This document shows positions 1-19,903 of a stretch of 64,000 bases of DNA, in pieces. The notes beneath the pieces were generated by a model. That model saw nothing but the letters and a program-made list of their open reading frames with translations, was not told where the DNA came from and ran no database searches. The position numbers were made by a program, and so were the translations under genes. Every line of letters begins with the position of its first letter. Position 1 is the first letter of the stretch. The DNA comes from the human T2T-CHM13v2.0 reference genome, Homo sapiens, in the NCBI RefSeq assembly GCF_009914755.1, contig NC_060935.1. One strand, written 5' to 3'.

Positions 1-2
1 TG

Positions 3-137
<135 letters not shown>

Positions 138-286
138 TAAAAACAAAAATTAAATCCCTTTGTCAAAACACTATGAGGAAAACAACCCAACAATATGAGT
201 ACCTAAGATAATTAGATGACTTTCGCCGGGCGCGGTGGCTCACGCCTGTAATCCCAGCACTTTGGGAGGCCGAGGCGGGCAGATCA

Positions 287-542
<256 letters not shown>

Positions 543-691
543 TCAACAAATCAACAAATATGTATGGATTGCCCTACTATATGCATCAGACACTGTGCTA
601 GGCTCTGGGTATAAACAAATCAAATATGGTTTATGCCCTCATCGATTTTATGATCTAGTGAAAGACACAGACAAAAAGCAATTAAGGAAAA

Positions 692-695
<4 letters not shown>

Positions 696-728
<33 letters not shown>
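696..728. repeat. (CA)n microsatellite
   Basis: Read directly from the sequence. Confidence 0.95.
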
Positions 729-730
<2 letters not shown>

Positions 731-1045
731 TAGAGAGAGTAATAGGAGGGAGGAGAGGAAAATTACTTTAGATTAAATGGTCCAAGTAGCTTTTTTTGAA
801 GCAGTGGCATTTGACTTCTAATGAATGAAAAGAATCCAGCCATGCAAACTGCTGGGGGAACAGTGGTCTGCTGAAAGGGGCACAGCCTTGGCAAAGGCCT
901 CAGGTGGAAATAGTTTCAAAGATCAGAAAAACCAACATGGTTAAAGTATAGTGACAGAGAGGAATAGTGAGGAATGAGGCTGGACAGAAAGATGAAGGAG
1001 ACATCATGCAGAGGCTTGACAGACATGGTAAGAGGTTTAGGTTAG

Positions 1046-1315
<270 letters not shown>

Positions 1316-1703
1316 TGATCCACCCGCCTCAGCCTCCCAAAGTGCTGGGATTACAGTCGTGAGCTACCGTGCACGGCGAGTAGTGCTATGTTTTAAAGCA
1401 TTCCTCCAACTGCTGTGTGAAGAATGGATGCCAAATTGACAGTAGGACAGTAATTTGGAGGCTATTTGCAGTATTCCATTGGGATATGATGATAACTGAG
1501 ACTGGGTTATTAGAGAGAGGGAGAGGGAGGGGGAGAGAGAGAGAGATTGATTATGTTCCTTAGAGGTAGAATCAAAAGAAACTGCTGATACTGATGAAGC
1601 AGATATGAGGTATGAAGGAAAACAAAGAATCAGAGATGACTCATAGGGGTTTAGCTTGAGCAACTGAATGGATACCAATTATTAAAATGAGAAGGATAGA
1701 GAA

Positions 1704-2525
<822 letters not shown>

Positions 2526-2704
2526 TCATCAAATATGTATTGACCTCCCACAATAGGCCATCCAAATAAAAATGTAGATAGTTAAAGATAGTCTAAATTT
2601 CCTAAAAGAAGTTTGGACTGGAGATATTTGAGAATTTTGCATATACTGTACATGGTACGTATATGTTTTATGGACTGGCTTGCACCACCAAATGAAAGAG
2701 GAGA

Positions 2705-2915
2705 TTGTTCTTCACTTGGAGAAGTGTTACTTCTCTAGAGATTGTTTGGAGGTAATTTGGGTTGTCACATTGACTGCAGGGACAAAGGAGACACTACTGG
2801 CACTTAGTGAGTAGAATCTAGGAATATAAAACATTGTGTAATGCACGGGAAATCCTGCTCAATGAAGAAATGTCTCACATAAAATACCAATAATGCTTCT
2901 GTGAAAAAAATTTGC
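2705..2915 (+). mobile_element. MER20-like hAT fossil
   Basis: ttgggttgtcaca...ctactggca..tagtgagtaga...aatgcacggga motif order. Confidence 0.55.
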
Positions 2916-3692
2916 TGTGGACAGAGAAGAGGTCCCAGAACCAACCCTGGAACATTCTATCTTTTAGAAGTTGGGTAATGAAGAAGAAGATGGCAAAGGA
3001 GCCTGAAAAGGATTATCTAGAAAGGTAGAAAGAAAACCAGAAGAGAGTGGTGTCAGATGCTAAGAGAGGAAAGTGTTTCGAGAAGGAAGTCAGAAGCAAA
3101 CAGTGCTGCTGGGCAGTTGAGTAAGATAAGGACAGAAAAGTGTCCACTGAAAGGTGACCTTAATAAAAGCAATCTCATTAGCCAGGCATGTGGCAGGCAC
3201 CTGTAATCCCAGGTACTTGGGAGGGTAAGGCAGGAGAATTGCTTGAACCCAGGAGGTAGAGGTTGCAGTCAGCCACTGCACTCCAGCCCAGATGACAGAG
3301 CAAGACTCTGTCTCGAGGAAAAAAAAAAATCTGCCAGGAACAGTGGCTCATACCTGTAATCCCAACTACTTAGGAGACTGAGGCACTAGAATCACTCGAA
3401 CCTGGGAGGTAGAGGTTGCAGGGAGCCGAGATTGTGCCACTGCACTCCAACCTGGGTGACAGAGCAAGACTATGTCTCAAACAAAACAAAATAAACAAAA
3501 AATTTAATAAATAAAAATAATAGGCCGGGCTCAGTGGCTCACACCTGTAATCCCAGCACTTTGGGAGGCTGAGGCAGGTGTATCACAAAGTCAGGAGTTC
3601 AAGATCAGCCTGGCCAAGATGGTGAAACACCGTCTCTACTAAAAATACAAAAATTAGCCAGGAGTGGTGGCGGGCGGCTGTAATCCCAGCTA

Positions 3693-3821
<129 letters not shown>

Positions 3822-5962
3822 TCAGTGTACTGTTGGAGAAAATGGAAGCCAGACTAGTATAAATAATAAGAAAAGAGAGGTGAGCAACTAGGGGAAGGAA
3901 CTTTTTCAATGAATTTGAACAATAAGCAGGGAAATACTTTGGAGGGGGATTTGGGGTCAAGGAAGAGATTTTATTTCCAACATTACATTGTATAAAGTAT
4001 GTAATTACATATAGAAAAGTTGAAAGAATTTTGCAGTAAAATCACTAAATTTTCTACTTGACATTTTACTCGGCTTGCATTATCACATTTCTTTATCCAT
4101 AAGGAAGGGGATTTTTAAAAGATGGAAGACAGTCCTATAGCATGTTTGTATGCCTAGAATGTGATTCTGTAGCCAGGGGAAGATTCATCATATAGGAAGG
4201 AAAGGCAATAGCCAAATAAAGGAGTGAAGTCCTTGAGAAGTGAGGGGAATGGAATTCAGAGTAAAGGGACTGCCTTTTGTTGTTACAGAAGGAAAGAAAG
4301 AGGACATGGGTACAGAATCATGAGTGTTTGTGGATTTGATATTGGGAAGACATGGCAAACACTGCACTATTGCCTAACAGCCAGACCCTCTTCTTCCTCA
4401 TTAATAGAACCCAAAATTTGGTGTGGGGGTAGCAGTGTGTCCATACTTAGGAGATTAGTTGTAATTGGTGTAAGACAGTCATGATGACTGCATTCCTCTT
4501 TCTTTGCCAGACGCTTTCTATCATACCTTGTACCGGGAGAATGGTCATATAACCTATTTCTAGTCAATGGAACTTTAAGGCTTGTTTGCTGGAGCTGGTG
4601 GGTGGGAGTGGGGTGGTGTGTGGGGTGGCTCTGTGACAGTTTTTCCTTTGCTAACAAAAGGAGAGGGAACTTCTTACATAAAAGGTTCTTTTGCTGCCTC
4701 CGCACATCCCCCAATCCCCTATCCCATGTGTTTTAATTTCTTTTCTTTTTTTCTTTTTTTTTGAGACAGAGTCAAGTGATTCTCCTGCCTCAGCCTCTCG
4801 AGTAGCTAGGATCACAGGCGCCCAACACCATGACCAGCTAATTTTGTATTTTTAGTAGAGACACATTTCACCATGTTGGCCAGGCTGGTCTCGAACTCCT
4901 GACCTTAGGTGATCTGCCCAGTTTGGCCTCCCAAAGTGCTGGAATTACAGGTGTGAGACACCGTGCCTGGCCCCGCCCCACTTTTTTTTTTTTTTTTTTC
5001 TTATACAGATGGGGTCTCACTTTCTCAGTCCAGAGGGAAGTGGCCAATCATAGCTCACTGTAACCTCGAGCCCCTGGGCTCAAGTGATCTTCCCACCTCA
5101 GTTTCCTTAGTAGCTAGGACTACAAGTGCACACCACCACACCCGGCTAATTTCTGCATTTAATTTATTTTTTTGGTAGAGATGGGGGTCTCAATATGCTG
5201 TTATGCCCAGCTAATTTTTTTCTTTTTCTTTTTGTAGAGATGGGGACTTGCTATGTTGCTCAGGCTGGTTTCGAACTCTTGGCCTCAAGTGATTTTCCTG
5301 CCTTGGCCTCTCAAAACACAGGAATGCAGGTGTAAGCCACCATGCCCAGCCTGTTTCCTATTTCTGAATGTGGTCATGACTCATGATGTCAGGAAGTATG
5401 CTAGCTGTCTTTCAACCTGAGGCAATAAGCTTGAAGATGAAAAGTCAGAGCTGAGGGATGCAGAGAGGCTATGATGATATTACTTAGCAGCTGAACACAG
5501 GGCAAAAACTGCCTCCTACAGGTGTATTTCTTTTCTTTTTTTTTTTTTTTTGAGACAGAGTCTCGCTCCGTCATCCAGGCTGGAGTGCAGTGGCACGATT
5601 TGGCTCACTGCAAGCTCCGCCTCCCGGGTTCACGCCATTCTCTCGCCTCAGCTTCCCCAGTAGCTGAGACTACAGATGCCCGCCACCATGCCCAGCTAAT
5701 TTTTCTGTATTTTTAGTAGAGACGAGGTTTCACCGTGTTAGCCAGGATAGTCTCGATCTCCCGACGTCGTGATCCGCCCGCCTCGGCCTCCCAAAGTGCT
5801 GGGATTACAGGCGTGAGCCACTAGAATTTATATTTTAATAAGTTCCCGAAGTGACTTATATGCACATTAAAGATTGAGAAGCCATGCATTACAGGATTTG
5901 ATGAAGGTAAAGAATTTCTGCACTGAGAATACTGAAAATATGATCCTGGGTGAATTATCTAG

Positions 5963-6196
5963 TCCAGATGTTAGTAATTTTTTTTTTTTCTGTAAGGGGC
6001 CAAGAGCCATACAGTTTCTGTCACAACTATTTAACTCTGCCATTGTAGTACGAAAACAGCCTGAGAAGATAGATAACACATACACAAGATGGACAGATGT
6101 TGAAAGTTGCTGTGTTCTAATAAGACTGTCAATAAAAACAAGTAATGGCAAGTAATGGGTTGATTTGACCCAAGGGCCATTGTTTGCTGATCCCTG
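5963..6196 (+). mobile_element. MER58A-like hAT fossil
   Basis: ttttctgtaagggcc...tctgtcacaactatttaactctgccattgtag...tttgctgatccctg. Confidence 0.65.
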
Positions 6197-7951
6197 ATCT
6201 TGACCTTGATAAAAACAACAACAACAACAACAACAGTCTTAGCTCCCAAGAAAAGTTTACCCTGAGTTTTCTAGTTCTGACTACTTACTATCTCTTGGGA
6301 GTAAGTATTCTCCCTCTTCCCTTTTTTTTTTTTTTGAGATGAAATCTCACTCTGTCACCCAAGCTGGAGTGCAGTGGTGCGATTTCAGCTCACTGCAACT
6401 TCTGCCTTTTAGTGATTCTCCTGCCTCAGCCTCCTGAGTGGCTGGGATTACAGGCATATGCCACCACGTCCGGCTAATTTTTGTATTTTTAGTAGAGATG
6501 CGGTTTCACCATGTTGGCCAGGCTGGTCTTGAACTCCTGATCTGCCCGCCTCAGACTTCCAAAGTGCTGGGATTACAGGCGTGAGCCACTGCACTCAGCC
6601 CTTCTTCCCTTTTCTTAACACAATGAAGAATTTGATTTTGTAACTAATTGGCCAGTTGTTGTTCTGCAGGATCCTAAAAGAGGAGATAAGAAGGGAACTG
6701 AAGTCTTAGAAAGCCAGAATGTCCTTGAAACCATTTTTTTCCCCCTAGAAGTACCAAGAGATGTAATATGGGGCAGGGTTCGCGTCAGCTGGTTCTCTGG
6801 GGTTGTTTCACTTTTATTTTCTTCTGGCTTCCAGCAAACACATTTTGAGTTTCTCAGCTGAGCCAAAGGAAATCAAGAAATCTCCTGGAATCAAGGAAAT
6901 CAAGGAATCAATTACTTACACCAAGCTGAGCAAGAGACAACATGAAGGCAGAGGTAGCAGTAATCAGACAGGATTTCCAAGGTAACAGGGCAGAAGTAGG
7001 GGCGAGGTGGGGAACAGAAATAAAAGCTATTGGACATCTCCTCACTAGGACTTTATTTTTATTTATTTATTTATTTATTTATTTATTTTGGGTTTTTTAT
7101 TTTTTATTTTTGGTGTTTTTTTTGTTTTGTTTTTTGAGATGGAGTCTCGCTCTTGTTGCCCAGGCTGGAGTGTAGTAGGGTGATCTCAGCTCACTGCAAC
7201 CTCTGCCTCCCAGAGTTCAAGTGATTCTCCTGTCTCACCCTCCTGAATAGCTGGGACTACAGGTGCTCAGCACCACGCCTGGTTAATTTTTGTGTTTTTA
7301 GTAGAGACCGGGTTTCACCATGTTGGCCAGGCTGATCTCCAACTCCTGACCTCAGGTGATCTGCCCGCCTCGGCCTCCCAAAGTGCTGGAATTACAGGCG
7401 TAAGCCACCGCATCTGGCCACCTTTCTAGCACTTCACATGTATCATTGGAATCCTTAAAGTTAGTTCGGCATTATTATCCCCAGGTTACAGGTGGAGAAA
7501 CGGAGACCAATATATTATTAGACATTAATAAAGCACTTTGCACCGGGCACCCTCTGCTTTACAAATATAAACTCATTTAATCCTTACCACAACTATATGA
7601 AGCTTGAACTATTGTTGCCTGCATTTTACAAGTGGGAAAGCTGTGCTTTGAAGAGCGGGGTTAAGTGACTTGCTGGAGGACATTAGCTAATATGGATGGA
7701 GCTGGGTTTTTAATCCAGGTGGACGGGTTTCATTGTTCACGCTCTTAACCACTATACCTCCCAGATTCACTCTTTCCAGACTTGAACAACTACTCTCTAG
7801 AAAATGCACCAGGCCTAGAGTTAGGGAACTAACTCAAAACTGGGCACATGTAATAAGCAGTAGAGCCAGGGTTGGGGTCCAATTCTGACGCTAAAGCTTG
7901 TGTATTTTCCCTTGTCCAAGGTAGTGATTATGTTCTTAATTAGTATTATAG

Positions 7952-8236
<285 letters not shown>

Positions 8237-8418
8237 TGACCTCAAGTGATCCACCTGCCTAGGCCTCCCAAAGTGCTGGGATTATAGGTGTGAGCCACCG
8301 CGCCTGGCCCATGTTCTTTAGACATCTTTCCCACCAGGAGATTCTCTGTCAGTGCTAAACCTTCAAGTTTTAGTTTTACTTACTGTTATTATCTCACCAC
8401 ATAGGTTCATTTTATTGA

Positions 8419-11222
<2,804 letters not shown>

Positions 11223-11656
11223 CAGCTAATTTATAAAAAGCTCTTTTTGTAGAGACAGGCGTAGGCCAGGTGCAGTAACTCATGCCTGTAATCCCAGCAT
11301 TTTGGGAGGCTGAGGTGGGAGGATTGCTTGATGCCAGGAGTTCAAGACTAGCTGGGCAACATAGTGAGACCCTATCTCTAAAAGAAAAGCGGGGAAAAGA
11401 GGGTTTTAGTTGACTGAAACCAGGACAAACATAAAGAAGGTCTCCCATTCAATTTATCTGGTTCTAAAAGCAGCTTTTTCCAATTGTGCACACGAATGAA
11501 CTGTTTTAGACAAGACAGGGTCTTGCTATACTGCCCAGGCTGAAACACAGTGGCTCTTCACAGGCGTGATCCCACTACTGATCAGGAAAGGAGTTTTTGA
11601 CCTGCTCTGTTTCCAACCTGGACCAGTTCATGCCTCCTTAGGCAAGCTGGTGGTAC

Positions 11657-12454
<798 letters not shown>

Positions 12455-12567
12455 GTCTCCTGCTCCTAGGAGTTCACCCTTGTTTGTTTGTTCGTTTTGA
12501 GGCGGAGTTTCGCTCTTGTCGCCCAGGCTGGAGGGTCCTCTTCTCCTGAACCTCAAAAAGGAGCCTA

Positions 12568-12893
<326 letters not shown>

Positions 12894-14281
12894 CTATCTC
12901 TAAATAAATAAATAAATACGATTGGGTTGAAATCTAGAGACCTAAGTTATAGTCCCAGCTCAGCCACTAATCTGAGAATGGTTAACATTTATTTAAAATT
13001 TCCTATGTGCCAGTCACTTTTTAAATTAATTTGCTATGCTGTAAGTAGGAGGGTACTGTTATTATGTTCATTTTACAGACAAGGACATGGAGGCAGAGAG
13101 CACTTAAATAACTGGCAAATTACACGGTTAGGGGCACACAGAGTCCAGTTGTGCAACAGAGGCAATCTGGCTGGTAGTACTTCCTGATAACAGAAGCTTT
13201 CATTGCTAACATACTATGTGGCAGATTCTGTACTGTGTGTTTTTGTTTGTTTGTTTTTTTGAGACAGGGTCTCACTCTGTGGCACAATGATCATGGTTCA
13301 CTGCAGCCTCGGCCTTCTGAGCTCAAGTGATCCTCCCGCCTCTGCCTCCGCCTCCTGAGTAGCTGGGACTACAGATGTGCGACACAGCACCTGGCAAATT
13401 TTTAAGTATTTTCTTCAGACTGAAACATCATTGTGTTAAAGATAAAAAAGAAAAAAATATTCTTGTAGAGATAGGATCTCACTGTTGTCCAGATTGGTCT
13501 CAAATTTTTGAGCTCAAGCCATCCTCCTGCCTTGGCCTCCCAAAGTGCTGGCATTACAGGGTGAGTCACCATGCCTAGTCTGTACTGTTTTCCTGGCAAT
13601 GTTATCTCATTCAATCTTCGTGAATAACCCTAAGGTAGATATGATACCAATTTTTCAGGTAAAAAAAACTAATCGGCAGGATGAAACTTCGTAAACAGCC
13701 TGTGGCTCCAAAAGCTTCTGGAAGGCTCAAGCTACCCATGTGCATCTTTGAGCCTCAGTTTCCCCATCTTTAAAATGAGGGGTTTGGAATAGATGTCTGT
13801 TCTCTGGGGCAGGATGCAGAGGAAAGAGCTGTCTGCGAATGGGCAAGAGAGAAGGTGGGTAAATACAGTTAAACCACAGTGACCGAGGGCCCAGCACAAC
13901 GGGGGTGGGTGCGGTTACAAATGCCGTTAAGATTCCCGCCAAGGCGGAGGACGGGGGTGTCAGAGCCGAGCGAGGCCTGTGGGCGAGAATAGGCCTGACA
14001 GCCATTCTCCGACCTGCGTGGGCGCTGCAGGCGCAGGCCAGAGGCCAAGGGAGAGGCGATCCCTGGGGCTCTGCCCGGGTCTCAGGACGGCACCTCACCC
14101 GCCCGAGTCCTGCTCCACAGGATTCTCCGGGTAAGCTAGGGAAGGAAGAGGCGCGGCCTCCTGAGCCCGCATCTCAGAGCGCCACGTCCCTCCTGGCTCA
14201 GCCTCCCCCCAGGCTCCACAGCTTCGGCGCTCCTCACCGCCCGCCTCCAGGCTCCCCGGCGCGGCCTTGTCCCTGCTCCCG

Positions 14282-14318
14282 CCAATCGGCGTCGTCAGCA
14301 ATCGCGAACCGGACCAAT
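14282..14318 (+). promoter_or_regulatory. Two tandem CCAAT (NF-Y) boxes, 32 bp apart
   Basis: gCCAATc at 14282-14286 and aCCAATca at 14314-14318, about 75-110 nt upstream of the inferred TSS. Position and ~3-turn spacing are typical of NF-Y promoters. Confidence 0.7.
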
Positions 14319-14389
14319 CAGCGGCCGCAGAGTGTGGGAACTGTCGCCATGGCAGCCAGGAGGCGGGCGCGCGCGGCGGGAGGAGGGGC

Positions 14390-14479
14390 AGAGCGGAGCG
14401 GTGGGCCGGGGGCTGGAGGACAGGTTTGTGCGCTGGACGCAAGCACCAGGCGCAGCCTCGCTCGCCGACACCCGGCCAG
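14390..14479 (+). other. NUCB2: NUCB2 exon 1 (non-coding; TSS approximate)
   Basis: Strong donor CAG|GTAAGG at 14479/14480 inside the CpG island. Sequence agrees with my recollection of the NUCB2 mRNA 5' end. Confidence 0.8.
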
Positions 14480-15744
14480 GTAAGGCCGGTGGCCGCGCGG
14501 TAGGTGCGGAGCAGCGCGGCGGGAGATTAGGGGTGGGGGAGTCCGGAGATAAGGCTCCGGTCTTCGCCTGCCTTGCCAGAGCAGAGAGGATGGTGGGGGC
14601 CGTGCTGTGGGCGGGGCACCGGCGGGGAGGGGGCTCCCAGCGCGAGCCGGAGGCGCTGGGTTCCCTCTGCTCCACTCGCAGCTGGGCACCCGAGCTTTCT
14701 TCGGGGTCGAGGAGGGTGGCTGGCTCTTGGCGGGGAGCAGGAGAGGGTAGGTGCCAAACTGAGACCCTGGCGGGGTCCCTTCGGGTTTGGGCAGGTCGAT
14801 GGGCAAGGGGGTGCCCACTAGTGAGGAGGGACACCCACCAATTCCAGGCGATGCTCCCCTGTGCCGCTCAGCAAAGCTAGGCCCGGGGATCCTGCTCTTC
14901 TCCGGTCTGGTTAAGCCGGCAACCTCTGACACTTAGGAGAAAGTTAGTGTAAGTCGTGATATCCTTTTCACTTAAGTGACAAATTAGGTACGAGATGAAC
15001 CCTTTTGGTTTTAGGAGATGAGAAACAGTATTTCCTTGTTGCACCTGCTAAGTGGCAACTCAGTGAGCAAATATGGTTATTGTGGTTGGTGTTTGCAACG
15101 GTCTTAGATGACAGTTATTTTACAGTATCAAATGGCTGGGAGAGGGAGGGAAAGAAGGAGAGAGAGAGAGAGAATATGAGGGAATGAGAATGAACGGGAA
15201 CCATTATGATTTTTGAGAGACAGAACCTCTTGAAATTCTATGTCTGCTAAACTTCTAAATTGAATAATGTACATTTTATGCAATTGAATAAGCTAGTGCT
15301 ACCATTTAAGCCTGCTACTAAGGCTCTGTTAAATCCGTGGACGAATATGAACACTAAAAGATATTACCTTGGTTTAAAAATAGGGGAGGTTAAATGCAAA
15401 TATTTCTGATAGTGAATTTTGTTTGAGGGAGATTGTGGACTTTCCCTATGGGAAAGTTAAAGAATTGATGAGATAGATGCTTTAAGGAATGTTCTTGTTT
15501 TTTGAAACTTGAATAAGTTCAACAAATGTTGAACAAATATTTCAACAAATCTTCTTCAGCTAATAGGGTCAAAAATTAAAATTCTGGAAATTTAGAATTA
15601 GAAATGAAATCTCAAATAATGTCACTCTCCTAATTAGGATGAACATGGAAACTTCTATTTCTCATCGTGGTCTTCAAGCTTTCCATGATCTCATCTACCT
15701 TTGTAGTAGGGGGTCAAATTTTTTTTTTAACTAGACAATTTTAG

Positions 15745-16267
<523 letters not shown>

Positions 16268-16537
16268 TAACAGTTGAGATAAAATGCACAATTAAGACAA
16301 TTAAGGTACTTTTCAAGACACAACTAATTATGGGCACTAATATCAATAACATCAATTCAGACGTCTTTTTTGTTTTGGGATATGTTATTAATCTCTGAAC
16401 ACATACTAAACTAATTTTGCATTACTTAGAATAATATGTAAATTACTTTCCACTTTCTAAGGACCCTTTTGAAGGCTGGGTTCTACAAAATACCCTTTTG
16501 AGTACTGGGTAGCTGGCAGAATCAAGTGCAGGATTTA

Positions 16538-16735
<198 letters not shown>

Positions 16736-17085
16736 TCAGGAGGCTGGAGCAGGGGAATCGCTTGAACCTGGAGGCGGAGGTTGCAGTGAGCCGAGATCGC
16801 GCTATTGCACTCCAGCCTGGGCAACTAGAGTGAAACTACGTCTCAAAAACAAAACAAAAAACAGGCTACTAACAATTTCAAATAATTTATTCAAGGAAAA
16901 ACTTCAATCACTTTCATTATTTCCAATCAAAAATTTTTTTTACAACCAGGATGTGGTGAAAAGTATACTTAGTTAGAATTTCATGGCCAGATTCCAGTAC
17001 GGGCTCTGCCAAACGAACTTGGCCAAGTCAGTTAACTTCCTTCTGTATTTATAACCTTTTATAAAAGTAGGGCTGAATTAGATTA

Positions 17086-17325
17086 CAGTAGTCCTCCTTT
17101 ATCCTAGAGGGATATGTTCCAAGGGTCCCAATGGATGCCTGAAACTACAGGTAGTACCAACCCTTATATACGCTATGTTTTTTGCTATACATACATAATA
17201 ATAAAATGAATAACAGTAATACACTGAAATGAAAGTTATATGAATGTGATCTTTCAAAATATCTTGTTTTACCTCAGGTAATTGAAACTGCAGAAAGTGA
17301 AATCGCAGATTAGGGAGGACTACTG
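17086..17325 (+). mobile_element. MER2 (Tigger-family MITE), internally shortened
   Basis: Terminal inverted repeats cagtagtcctcc / ggaggactactg flanked by TA target duplications. Confidence 0.85.
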
Positions 17326-18939
17326 TACCTCCAAGATTATTTCTGATCTTAGAATTCTCTGATTCTAAAATCCTAAAGCAGCCTAATAGAAGTTCAGATA
17401 GTAGTTACTTGATTTTATTTTTGGCAGAGCATTTTTTTTTTTTTTTTTTTTGAGACAGGGCCTCACTCTGTTGCCCAGGCTGACTGGAGTACAGTGGTGT
17501 GATCATGGCTCACTGCAGCCTGGAACTGCCAGGCTCAAGTGATCCTCCTACCTCAGCCTCCTGAGTAGCTAGGACTAAAGGAGCATGCCACCACACCCTG
17601 CTAATTTTTAAGTATTTTTTTGTAGAGAAGAGGCCTCGCCATGTTGTCCAGGCTGGTCTCAAACTTCTAGGCTCAAGCGATCTGCCTGTCTTGGCCTCCC
17701 AAAGTGCTGGAATTACAGGCATGAGCCACTACACCTGGCCTTGGCAGAGTTTTTTTTGGCAGTGTATTTTAATTATCTGAAGTACAGTATATGTAAATAA
17801 TAAAGAGATTATAATTTTAATAATATGTTTATTGAGTGATACAGATCTGTTTTTCATAAGCCTATAATCTAGGATACTCCAATCCGTTGTTAAGACTGGA
17901 AAAAAAGGAGATATAATAGTTTCATTGATGAGTGTCCTTTTCTACAGATGTAGACAACAGAGGCTCTAAGATCTATACTAATGTCTTGATCAGGGAAAAG
18001 CTGGAGTCCAACTCAGCTGGTCATACACTTGATATTTTATTTGAACCTCACTTTCCTGTTGACTTTCATTTTCAAAGGGAAAATGGAGGTGAGCACCAGG
18101 TTATCTGTGGCCTTTGAAACTGGTGCCATGGAGAAACTCAAAAGCCGTTTATTTTTCTTCACCCTACCCTGTTTCATCATTAGATTTGTGACATTGATAG
18201 TAAGAAGAAGCAATCCACGTTTCCTAGCTCAAGGCAGTGTCTTAGAGAAGGAAACCTGAGTCTCTTGCTACAGTTCTGATTTAAGGTTGGAAGGAAGAGA
18301 TTATGTTGGATGCATTGCTTTCATTGGTCTATGATTGCATCAGGACTTTGGTTCTGGCAATGTTCAGAGAAGAGCTCTAATGTGGCCTTTCAAAAATGAC
18401 TGTAAGACCGGGCATGATGGCTCAGGCCTGTAATCCTTGGACTTTGGGAGGCTAAGGTGAGCAGATCACTTGAGCTCACAGGTTTGAGACCAGCCTGGGC
18501 AACATGGTGAAATCCCATCTCTACCAAAAATATTAAAAACTAGCTGGGCGTGGTGGTGCGTGCCTGTAGTTCCAGCTACTCTGGAGGCTGAGGCGGAAGG
18601 ATGGCTTGAGCCTGGGAGGTGGAGGTTTTGATGAGCTGAAATAGCGCCAATGTACTCCAGCCTGGGTGGTAGAGTCAGACCCTGTCTCAAAAAACAAAAA
18701 CGAAAACAAAAATTACTTTTAAAGTTGTATGTCAAACTGGTCTTGCTTGCTTTTTGTGTCGTTAATTTTTATTTATTTATTTTATTTATTTTTTTTAGAC
18801 AGGGTCTTTCTCTGTCATCCAGGCTGGAGTACATTGGTATGCATGGCTCGACCTCCTGGGCTCAAGCAACCCTCCCATCTCAGCTTCCTGAGTAGCTGGG
18901 ACTACAGGTGCACACCACTACACCCAGCTAATTTTTTGA

Positions 18940-19080
<141 letters not shown>

Positions 19081-19834
19081 TAAGTTCTACCACTTTGGGT
19101 GTTTACAGAACAGATTTTCATATTTCTTTATGTTTCCTTTTCAAGACAAGAAGGGCATTAATATTTATTGAGCAATTACCATTGTCATGCACTGTGCTGG
19201 TTACTTTGTATTCATTCTTATTTTCCTCGCATCAACAAACCTGTGAAGAGGTATGAGCTCAGTTTTCTAGGTAGGAAAATCAAGACTCAGAGGCAAGTAG
19301 CTTGCGAGTAAATGGGGGAAGTTAGGATTTAATCTCCTGTTTGTGTGTTTATTTTTTACCATGTTGTGTCAATAAAAGTCATATAACTTTCCAAAATACA
19401 ACATGCATGTGATTACTCTCCTGCATAGATTATTTTATGTTAAATATACCATATGTAAAACAAGAAATACATGTCTCCTTAAAATTTGAAAATATTTTAT
19501 TTGCTTTTTTTTTTATCAGACTACTTAGAAATAACTGCTTATGTTTACTAATGAGTTTGCACATGAGCTGATTTATGTTTTACATGTTATTTGGTGGGGT
19601 TTCAAAAAAGAATTTGAAATATTTCATCTTATTACTGATCTCTGTGACAAACTAGGAACAAAGTTAATTTTTTTAAATTGGTGGTAAGAGTAAAGAAAAA
19701 TTCCAGTTAAGGATTTAACAGGAAAAGTTGCCCTATATCTTGAAGTCTCATTGCTGAAAAAAATAAGCTTTTAATCTGAATTCCTCCTAGTTATTCAAGA
19801 GTGGAGGAATACAGGAAAATTTGGGCATAATAAA

Positions 19835-19903
19835 TCTATATCTATATCTATATATCTATATCTATCTATCTATCTATCTATCTGTCTATATATATATATA
19901 TAT
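19835..19903. repeat. Compound (TCTATA)/(TCTA)n/(TA)n microsatellite at an Alu tail
   Basis: Read directly from the sequence. Confidence 0.9.

Larger units (their letters stand above)
13880..14920. promoter_or_regulatory. CpG island / NUCB2 promoter
   Basis: Abrupt GC- and CpG-rich block (e.g. gcgggcgcgcgcggcggg) in otherwise CpG-poor DNA. It contains the first exon and its 5' splice site. No canonical TATA box seen. Edges approximate. Confidence 0.92.

Noticed and set aside
4598-4628. G-rich run gggtgggagtggggtggtgtgtgggg
   Set aside because: The third loop is 8 nt, it lies in an old LTR-like region far from the promoter, and it is only a borderline G4.
6864-6912. Short recurring caaggaaat/caagaaat units, and small tandem duplications at ~26957, ~31910, ~50330 and ~59270
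   Set aside because: Ordinary slippage duplications with no regular repeat-spacer structure, so not CRISPR-like.
14181-14332. Possible ER-stress elements (ERSE/UPRE), by analogy with NUCB1
   Set aside because: Neither CCAAT is followed by N9-CCACG (they read cagca and cagag), and gccacgtcc at 14181 misses the TGACGTGG consensus by one base.
13727-14932. Long overlapping ORFs (up to 204 aa) on both strands
   Set aside because: Expected from stop-codon scarcity in a GC-rich island; low-complexity P/A/R/G content and no recognisable domain. Only the Kozak ATG at 14349 was kept, as a uORF hypothesis.
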